Below, one piece after another: positions 10,736-20,900 of a DNA stretch of 64,000 nucleotides. The DNA is from Eledone cirrhosa (lineage: Eukaryota), in the NCBI GenBank assembly GCA_964016885.1, contig OZ024743.1, positions 271,436,001-271,500,000 on the forward strand, given 5' to 3'. The notes under the pieces were generated by a model, which worked only from the letters and a program-made list of their open reading frames with translations, made no database searches and was not told the origin of the DNA. Each line of letters begins with the position of its first letter. Within the stretch, counting starts at the first letter, position 1. The translations under genes were made by a program, and so were the position numbers.

Positions 10736-13700
10736 TAGCAGCTTAATAGGGGGAACCTCATGCTGGCTCGTAGCTGTGCAAGAAATAGAAGCTACATTAG
10801 CTATAGTCTATAGGTGTGCCAGAAATAGTAGCTAAAACGAGGTAAGTCATGGTGGCCCATAGGTGGGTTAGAAATAGCAGCTAAATAGGAGGGACCTCAT
10901 ATTGGTCCATGTGTGCTAGAAATAGCAGCTAAAAAGAGGGAATCTCATGGTGGTCCATAAGTGTGTTAGATATAGCAGCTAAATAGGAGGAAGCTGATGG
11001 TGGTCCATAGGTGTGCTAGAAATAGCAGCTAAATAGGTGGAAACTCATGGTGGTTTACAGGTGTGCTAGAAATAGCAGCTAAATAAGGGGAAACTTATAG
11101 TGGTCAAAAGTGTGTTAGAAATGGCAGCAAAATAAAATTACATGGTGATTCATAGGTGTGCTAGAAATAGTGGCTAAGTAGAGGAATCTGTTGCGCTAGA
11201 TTTAGGGGGAACGTCATGGTGGTCCAGTGGTATGGTAGAAATAGCAGCTGATTAGGGGGAACATTTTGGTGTTCCATAGGTGTGGTAGAAGTAGCATCAA
11301 AATAGTGGAAACCTCATCGTGGTTCATATGTGTGCTAGAAATAGCAACTAAATATTGGGAAACTTATGGTAGTTCATAGGTGTGCTAGAAATAGCAGCTA
11401 CATCAGCCAAACAGGGGATTATGTTGGTCCATAGGTTTATCAGAAATAGCAGCTAAATAGGGAGAACCTCATGGTGGTCCATAAATGTGCTAGAAACAGC
11501 AGCTAAATATTACGAAACTTATGGTGGTCTATAGGTGTGCTAGAATTAGCAACTACATAGTCTAAACATGGGAACCCCATGGTGTGCTAGAAACAGTAGC
11601 TACATGGGGGAACCCCATGGTGGTCTATAAGAATACTAGAAATAGCAGCTAAATGGGGGACTTCATGGTGGTCTATAAGTATGTTAGAAATAGCAGCTAA
11701 ATAGGGAGAACCTCATGGTGGTCCGTAGGTGTGATAGAAATAGCAGCCAAATAGGTGGTATCTCATGGTGGGCTAGAAATAGCAGCTAAATATGGGGAAC
11801 AACATGGTGGTCCATAAGTGTGCTATAAATTGCAGCTAAATAGTGGAACCTTATGATGGTCGATACGTGAGCTAGAAATTGCAGTTACATCAGCTAAACA
11901 GAAGAAAAAATTATGGTGGTCCATATGTGTGCTAGAAATAGCAGCTAAATACGGGGAACATCCTAGTGGTCCCTAGGTTTGCTAGAAATAGGAGCTAAAT
12001 AAGGGGTACTTCATGATTGTCTAAGTGATCTAGAAATAGAAACTACATTAGCTAAACAGGGGCAACGTCATGGTTGTCCATAAGTGTGCTAGAAATAGCA
12101 GCTAAATAGGACGTATAGTGGTCCATACGTCTGCTAGTAAAAGCAGCTAAATAGAGGGAATCTAATTGTGGGCCATAGGTGTGCTTGAAATCGCAGCTAA
12201 ATAGGGGGAATCTTTCGGTGGTCCATAGGTAAGCTAGTAATAGCAGCTAAATAGGGGAACCTACTAAAAATAGCAGCTAAACAAAGGGAGTGTCATGGTT
12301 AGCTTGAAATAAGGTCAACATGATGGTTGTCCATAGCTGTGCTAGAAATAGGATCTAAAAAGAAGGAACCTCATGATGGTCCATAGTTGCGCTAGAAATT
12401 GCAGCTACATCCGTTAATCAGAGCAAACCCCATGGTGGTTTATAGGTGTGCTAGAAAAAGTGTCTATAGGTGTCCATAGCAGCTAAATAGGAGTAACTTC
12501 AAGGTGGTCCATATGTGAGCTAAAAATATTAGCTAAATAGGTAAAGCCTCATATTGGTCCATAGGTGCGCTAGAAATAGTAGCTAAATAGGGGTAACCTA
12601 ATGGTAGTACATAGGTGTGCTACAAATACTAGCTAAAGAGGGGAACCACATGGTGGTTTATAGGTATGCTGGAAAAAGCAGCTACATCATCTAAACCGGG
12701 ATAACCACATGGTGGTCCACAGGTGTGCTAAAAATAGCAGCGAAATATTGGTTTTCTTAAAAAAGTGACATAGGAGTTCTAGAACATCGTGGTGTGCTAG
12801 AAATAGTAGCTAAATAGGGCAACCACATGGTGGTCTATAAGAGTGCTAGAAATAGCAGCTAAATAGGGGGAACATCATAGTGGTCCATAGGTGTGCTAGA
12901 AATAATAGCGAAATATGGGAACCTCATGGTGGTCCATACGTATACTAAATATAGTAGTTAAAAAGGGGAACCTTTTGCTGGTCCATAGGTGTGCTAGAAA
13001 TAGCAACTAAATAGCAGGACCTCTTGCTGGTCCATAGGTGTGCTAGAAATAGCTGCTAAATAGGGGGAACCTCTTGCTGGTTCATAGGTATGCTAGAAAT
13101 AGCAACTAAATAGGGGGACCTCTTGCTGGTCCATAGGTGTGCTAGAAATAGCTGCTAAATAGGGGGAACCTCTTGCTGGTGCATAGGTGTGCTAGAAATA
13201 GCAACTAAATAGGGGGACCTCTTGCTGGTCCATAGGTGTGCTAGAAATAGCTGCTAAATAGGGGGAACCTCTTGCTGGTCCATAGGTATGCTAGAAATAG
13301 CAACTAAATAGGAGGACCTCTTGCTGGTACATAGGTGTGCTAGAAATAGCTGCTAAATAGGGGGACCTCTTGCTGGTCCATAGGTGTGCTAGAAATAGCA
13401 ACTAAATGGGGGGACCTCTTTCTGGTCCATAAGTGTGCTAGAAATAGCTGCTAAATAGGGGGAACCTCTTGCTGGTCCATAGGTATGCTAGAAATAGCAA
13501 CTAAATAGGGGGACCTCTTGCTGGTCCATAGGTGTACTAGAAATAGCTGCTAAATAGGGGGAACCTCTTGCTGGTCCATAGGTATGCTAGAAATAGCAAC
13601 TAAATAGGGGGACCTCTTGCTGGTCCATAGGTGTGCTAGAAATAGCAACTAAATAGGGGGACCTCTTGCTGGTCCATAGGTGTGCTAGAAATAGCAACTA

Positions 13701-16005
13701 AATAGGGGGAACCTCTTGCTGGTCCATAGGTATGCTGGAAATAGCAACTAAATAGGGGGACCTCTTGCTGGTCCATATGTGTGCTAGAAATAGCTGCTAA
13801 ATAGGGGGAATCTCATGATAATCCACATGCATGCTAGAAATAGCAGCTAAAGAAACACATGGTGGTCCATAGGTGTGCCAGAAATAGCAGCTAAATAGGG
13901 GAACCTCATGGTGGTCCATATGTATACGAGATATAGCAGCTAAATAGGGGAACCTCTTGCTGATCCATAGGTGGGCTAGAAATAGCAGCTAAATAGGGGG
14001 AACCACATGGTAGTCTATAAGAATGCTAGAAATAGACATGGGAACCTCGTGGTGTGCTAGAAATAGTAGCTAAATAGTGGCAATCACATGGTGGTCTATA
14101 CGTGTGCTAGAAATAGCAGGTAAATAGGGGGAACGTCATAGTGGTCCATAGGTGTGCTAGAGATAGTAGCGAAATAGGGGAACCTCATGGTGGTCCATAT
14201 GTATGCTAGATATAGCAGCTAAATAGGGGAACCACATGGTGGTCCATAGGTATGCTAGAAATAGCAGCTAAATAGGGGGAACCTCTTGCTGGTCCATAGG
14301 TGTGCTAGAAATAGCAGTTAAAGAAACACATGGTGGTCCATAGGTGTGCTAGAAATAGCAGCTAAATAGAGGGAACCTCATGGTGGTCCATAGGTATGCT
14401 AGAAATAGCAGCTATATAGGTCCATCGGTGTGCTATAAATAGCAGTTAAAGAAACACATAGTGGTCCATAGGTGTGCTAGAAATAGCAGCTAAATAGGGG
14501 AACCTCATGGTGGTCCATAGGTGGGCTAGAAATAGTAGCTAAATAGGGGGAACCACATGGTAGTCTATAGATGTGCTAGAGATAGTAGCGAAATAGGGGA
14601 ACCTCATAATTGTCCATATGCACGCTAGAAATAGCAGCTAAATCTCTTGCTGGTTCATATTTGTGCTGGGGAACCTCATCGTGGTATATAGGTGTGCTAC
14701 ACATTCTAGCTAAAGAGAACTACATGGTAGATTTATTATGCTGGAAAAAGCAGCTACATTATCGGGATAATCACATGGTAGTCCACATGTGTGCTAAAAA
14801 TACCATCTACATAGTCTAAACATGGGAATCTCATAGTGTGCTAGAAATAGTAGCTAGATAGAGGGAACCACATAGTGGTCTATAAGAGTGCTAGCAATAG
14901 CAGCTAAATAGGGGAAACTTCATGGTGGTCGATAGGTATGCTAGAAATAGCAGCTAAATAGGGGAACTTCATGTTGGTCTGTATGCATGCTAGAAATAGC
15001 AGCAAAATAGGGGGAACCTCATGGTGGTCCATAGGTGTGTTAGAAATAACAACTAAGTAAGGGGAATCTCATCGTGGTACATAGTTGTGCTACAAATACT
15101 AGTTAAAGAGGGGAACCACATCGTGATTTATATGTTTGCTGGAAAAAGCAGCTACATCATCTAAACCAGGATAATCACACGGTAGCCCACAGATGTGCTA
15201 AATATAGCAGCTAAATATAGGTTTCCATAAAAAAGTGACATAGGAGTTCTAGTAACAGCAGCTAAATAGAAGGAAACTTATGATGGTCCATAGGTGTGCT
15301 AGAATTAGCAGCTACATAGTCTAAACATGGGAACCTCATGGTGTGCTAGAAACAGTAGCTAAATAGGGGGAACCACATAATGATGTATAAGAGTGCTAGA
15401 AATAGCAGCTAAATATGGGCAACGTCATGGTGGTCCATAAGTGTGCTAGAAATAGCAGCTAAATAGGGGGACCTCATGGTGGATTCTAAGTGTGTTATAA
15501 ATAGCAGCTAAATATGGGTAACCTCAGGGTTGTCCATAGGTGTGCTAAAAATTCTAATTACATCAGCTATCCAAAGGGAACCTTATCGTTGTCCATATGT
15601 TTGCTAGAAATAGCAGCTAAATAGGGGAACCTCATGGAGGTCCGTAGGTGTGTTAGAAATAGCAGGCAAATAGAGGGAATCACATGGTGATCAATAGGTG
15701 GGCTAGAAATAGCAGTTACATCTGCTTAACAGAAATCCTCATGGTTGTCCATAAGTGTGCTAGAAATACCAGCTACACCAGCTAAACAGTGGTAACCTCA
15801 TGGTGGTCCATACGTTTGCAAGATGTAGTAGCTATATAGGGGGAACTTCATGGTGGTCGATAGGTGTGCTAGAAATAGCAGCTAAATAGGGGAGCATCAT
15901 TGTGGTCCATATGTATGCTAGAAATAGCAGCTAAATAGAGGAACCTCTTGCTGGTCCATAAGTGTGCTAGAAATAGCAGCTAAATAGGAGAACTTTATGG
16001 TGGTG
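10736..16005 (-). repeat. Same ~49-50-bp minisatellite, arm 2, inverted
   Basis: Units read TAGGGGAACCTCATGGTGGTCCATAGGTGTGCTAGAAATAGCAGCTAAA, the reverse complement of arm 1. Confidence 0.95.
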
Positions 16006-16009
16006 CCAT

Positions 16010-16745
16010 CCGATATTGGGGCACGAAGCTATGGCTATACTGTGAGATGGGTTAGCCTCCTTGTATCATTGTAATTCAGCACTGGGTTCCAACTGGCTTC
16101 TTTGCATATTGGTGCCATCTAACTCCAGGCTCCCCCAAAAGGTGCTTTTGTACTAAAAATGCTTCGTCACATGGTAGAGTCACATGTGTTTAACCAGTTT
16201 AGTATCGAGAAGTGTCCGCCGCATGTAGATTGCCCGACTCCGAAACTGGTGTGCCACTGTGTGAGAGGTTTGGTACGGACAACTGGCCTATCCCTTCTCA
16301 TAGTGGCATCACCAGTGGCGGGCTTCGAAACTGTGGTTCCGCTGTGAGATTGATTTGGCGCAGCCAACTGGCCTGTGTCTCCTCATAGTGGAGTCACATG
16401 CATCCAATACCCGAACTGTGGGTCTGCTGTGTGAAGAGTTTGGTGTGGTCAACTAGCCTGTCCCTCCTCTTAGCAGTGAAATCTAGTCCCAGGCTGTCAG
16501 AGTCTAGTTTCGTATTAAGAAGTGTCCGTCGCATGGAGAGTGCTCCACTTTGAAACTGGGGTATCCTGTGAGAAGAGTTCGGCATGGTCAACCAGCCTGT
16601 CCCTTCTCATAGTGGTATCACTGCCAGAGCAAGGTGCGACACATAGTCAACCCTACCAGACTTGCCTCCGGGCATGGATGACCTGTCTAACCCATACAAA
16701 CGTGAAAAAATTGACATTAAACAGAAATGATGATGATAATAATAA
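16010..16745 (+). mobile_element. Putative non-autonomous retroelement with internal degenerate repeats and an RTE-like 3' tail
   Basis: The 3' end TCTAACCCATACAAACGTGAAAAAATTGACATTAAAC...(GAT)n resembles the RTE tail at 4579-4626. It has four internal AACTGGCCT...CTCATAGTGG-like repeats. Confidence 0.5.
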
Positions 16746-16849
16746 TATACTGGAGAATAAGCATTGAGTGGTCACTTTGATGAACAGTAACTTGACATTA
16801 CAATCCTTAAACTATATATATATACATAGTTACTTGAGTGTGATGATTA

Positions 16850-17037
16850 GGTGGATTGGCAGTATCGGTAGAGGGTCGGACGCCATGCTTTCCAGCATAG
16901 TTATGTCCCTTTACGATCTGAGTTCAAATCCCGCCGAGGTTGACTTTGCCTTTCATCCTTACGGGATCGATAAAATAAAGTACCAGTAATGCACTGGGTA
17001 ATTGCTGGCCTTGTGCCTAAAGTAGAAACAATTATTA
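16850..17037 (+). mobile_element. tRNA-derived SINE
   Basis: Closely similar to 2949-3149, with A and B boxes. Confidence 0.85.
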
Positions 17038-17445
17038 GAACATGTATATGTTCTAATAATGGAGATACATGCTTTAGCTGATAATGACCATGAAACTAGC
17101 AGTTTTTAGGATATATAACTTATACCATGTTTTGATATATATATATATACAGTAAAAACAAATAACGAAACGAAATTAAATTTCGTTTCGTTTGTAACTC
17201 ACTTTTGTATGACTGACGCTTAAACAATTAAGTTAAAAATGTACATCCACATATGTATACTGAAATACTAGTATGCATATGAATACACACACGTGTACAT
17301 ATGTAGATGTACCGAGTTTTCACTGGTCACTTTACTGTGAGTGTCCAGCTATTCTGTATGTAGACACACAGACAAACCGGTTCTTAGAGTCATACTGGTT
17401 TTTGAGGAAACACCTTTCCTCTATTCTCCAGAAAGCCAGACAAGG

Positions 17446-17490
17446 AATATTGGACTAGTTTCGATGTTGTTACATCTCATCAGCAATATT
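17446..17490 (-). ncRNA. Type I hammerhead ribozyme, copy in the inverted unit
   Basis: Exact reverse complement of the motif at 17934-17978. Confidence 0.88.
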
Positions 17491-17933
17491 TACCTATCTT
17501 CCGGCTTCTCTAGAGAATCGTGAAAGCACATATCGTTATATGCTTTTTCTATGAAAATTAGTAGTGGGCAGACCAGAACCGGTTTGTCTGTGTGTCTACA
17601 TACAGAATAGCTGGACACTCACAGTAAAGTGACCAGTGAAAACTCGGTACATCTACATATGTACACGTGTGTGTATTCATATGCATACTAGTATTTCAGT
17701 ATACATATGTGGATGTACATTTTTAACTTAATTGTTTAAGCGTCAGTCATACAAAAGTGAGTTACAAACGAAACGAAATTTAATTTCGTTTCGTTATTTG
17801 TTTTTATCGTCTCCGTTGAACCGGTACGTACTCACGCTCTATGCAAATTGGTCTGCCCACTACTAATTTTCATAGAAAAAGCATATAACGATATGTGCTT
17901 TCACGATTCTCTAGAGAAGCCGGAAGATAGGTA

Positions 17934-17978
17934 AATATTGCTGATGAGATGTAACAACATCGAAACTAGTCCAATATT
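17934..17978 (+). ncRNA. Type I minimal hammerhead ribozyme, first of 12 plus-strand copies (cores at 17941+465n, n=0..11, last at 23056)
   Basis: AATATTG (stem I)-CTGATGA (core)-GATGT AACA ACATC (stem-loop II)-GAAA-C TA GT-C (stem III and GUC cleavage triplet, cut after 17971)-CAATATT (stem I'). Confidence 0.92.
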
Positions 17979-20900
17979 CCTTGTCTGGCTTTCTGGAGAA
18001 TAGAGGAAAGGTGTTTCCTCAAAAACCAGTATGACTCTAAGAACCGGTTTGTCTGTGTGTCTACATACAGAATAGCTGGACACTCACAGTAAAGTGACCA
18101 GTGAAAACTCGGTACATCTACATATGTACACGTGTGTGTATTCATATGCATACTAGTATTTCAGTATACATATGTGGATGTACATTTTTAACTTAATTGT
18201 TTAAGCGTCAGTCATACAAAAGTGAGTTACAAACGAAACGAAATTTAATTTCGTTTCGTTATTTGTTTTTATCGTCTCCGTTGAACCGGTACGTACTCAC
18301 GCTCTATGCAAATTGGTCTGCCCACTACTAATTTTCATAGAAAAAGCATATAACGATATGTGCTTTCACGATTCTCTAGAGAAGCCGGAAGATAGGTAAA
18401 TATTGCTGATGAGATGTAACAACATCGAAACTAGTCCAATATTCCTTGTCTGGCTTTCTGGAGAATAGAGGAAAGGTGTTTCCTCAAAAACCAGTATGAC
18501 TCTAAGAACCGGTTTGTCTGTGTGTCTACATACAGAATAGCTGGACACTCACAGTAAAGTGACCAGTGAAAACTCGGTACATCTACATATGTACACGTGT
18601 GTGTATTCATATGCATACTAGTATTTCAGTATACATATGTGGATGTACATTTTTAACTTAATTGTTTAAGCGTCAGTCATACAAAAGTGAGTTACAAACG
18701 AAACGAAATTTAATTTCGTTTCGTTATTTGTTTTTATCGTCTCCGTTGAACCGGTACGTACTCACGCTCTATGCAAATTGGTCTGCCCACTACTAATTTT
18801 CATAGAAAAAGCATATAACGATATGTGCTTTCACGATTCTCTAGAGAAGCCGGAAGATAGGTAAATATTGCTGATGAGATGTAACAACATCGAAACTAGT
18901 CCAATATTCCTTGTCTGGCTTTCTGGAGAATAGAGGAAAGGTGTTTCCTCAAAAACCAGTATGACTCTAAGAACCGGTTTGTCTGTGTGTCTACATACAG
19001 AATAGCTGGACACTCACAGTAAAGTGACCAGTGAAAACTCGGTACATCTACATATGTACACGTGTGTGTATTCATATGCATACTAGTATTTCAGTATACA
19101 TATGTGGATGTACATTTTTAACTTAATTGTTTAAGCGTCAGTCATACAAAAGTGAGTTACAAACGAAACGAAATTTAATTTCGTTTCGTTATTTGTTTTT
19201 ATCGTCTCCGTTGAACCGGTACGTACTCACGCTCTATGCAAATTGGTCTGCCCACTACTAATTTTCATAGAAAAAGCATATAACGATATGTGCTTTCACG
19301 ATTCTCTAGAGAAGCCGGAAGATAGGTAAATATTGCTGATGAGATGTAACAACATCGAAACTAGTCCAATATTCCTTGTCTGGCTTTCTGGAGAATAGAG
19401 GAAAGGTGTTTCCTCAAAAACCAGTATGACTCTAAGAACCGGTTTGTCTGTGTGTCTACATACAGAATAGCTGGACACTCACAGTAAAGTGACCAGTGAA
19501 AACTCGGTACATCTACATATGTACACGTGTGTGTATTCATATGCATACTAGTATTTCAGTATACATATGTGGATGTACATTTTTAACTTAATTGTTTAAG
19601 CGTCAGTCATACAAAAGTGAGTTACAAACGAAACGAAATTTAATTTCGTTTCGTTATTTGTTTTTATCGTCTCCGTTGAACCGGTACGTACTCACGCTCT
19701 ATGCAAATTGGTCTGCCCACTACTAATTTTCATAGAAAAAGCATATAACGATATGTGCTTTCACGATTCTCTAGAGAAGCCGGAAGATAGGTAAATATTG
19801 CTGATGAGATGTAACAACATCGAAACTAGTCCAATATTCCTTGTCTGGCTTTCTGGAGAATAGAGGAAAGGTGTTTCCTCAAAAACCAGTATGACTCTAA
19901 GAACCGGTTTGTCTGTGTGTCTACATACAGAATAGCTGGACACTCACAGTAAAGTGACCAGTGAAAACTCGGTACATCTACATATGTACACGTGTGTGTA
20001 TTCATATGCATACTAGTATTTCAGTATACATATGTGGATGTACATTTTTAACTTAATTGTTTAAGCGTCAGTCATACAAAAGTGAGTTACAAACGAAACG
20101 AAATTTAATTTCGTTTCGTTATTTGTTTTTATCGTCTCCGTTGAACCGGTACGTACTCACGCTCTATGCAAATTGGTCTGCCCACTACTAATTTTCATAG
20201 AAAAAGCATATAACGATATGTGCTTTCACGATTCTCTAGAGAAGCCGGAAGATAGGTAAATATTGCTGATGAGATGTAACAACATCGAAACTAGTCCAAT
20301 ATTCCTTGTCTGGCTTTCTGGAGAATAGAGGAAAGGTGTTTCCTCAAAAACCAGTATGACTCTAAGAACCGGTTTGTCTGTGTGTCTACATACAGAATAG
20401 CTGGACACTCACAGTAAAGTGACCAGTGAAAACTCGGTACATCTACATATGTACACGTGTGTGTATTCATATGCATACTAGTATTTCAGTATACATATGT
20501 GGATGTACATTTTTAACTTAATTGTTTAAGCGTCAGTCATACAAAAGTGAGTTACAAACGAAACGAAATTTAATTTCGTTTCGTTATTTGTTTTTATCGT
20601 CTCCGTTGAACCGGTACGTACTCACGCTCTATGCAAATTGGTCTGCCCACTACTAATTTTCATAGAAAAAGCATATAACGATATGTGCTTTCACGATTCT
20701 CTAGAGAAGCCGGAAGATAGGTAAATATTGCTGATGAGATGTAACAACATCGAAACTAGTCCAATATTCCTTGTCTGGCTTTCTGGAGAATAGAGGAAAG
20801 GTGTTTCCTCAAAAACCAGTATGACTCTAAGAACCGGTTTGTCTGTGTGTCTACATACAGAATAGCTGGACACTCACAGTAAAGTGACCAGTGAAAACTC

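Noticed and set aside
7775-16005. CRISPR-like array
   Set aside because: Units are contiguous degenerate repeats without unique spacers, there are no cas genes, and the context is eukaryotic.
17149-17160. Tc1/mariner TIR start (TA|CAGT) bounding the 465-bp array
   Set aside because: The right end carries TACAGTA in direct, not inverted, orientation, which fits a target-site duplication rather than TIRs.
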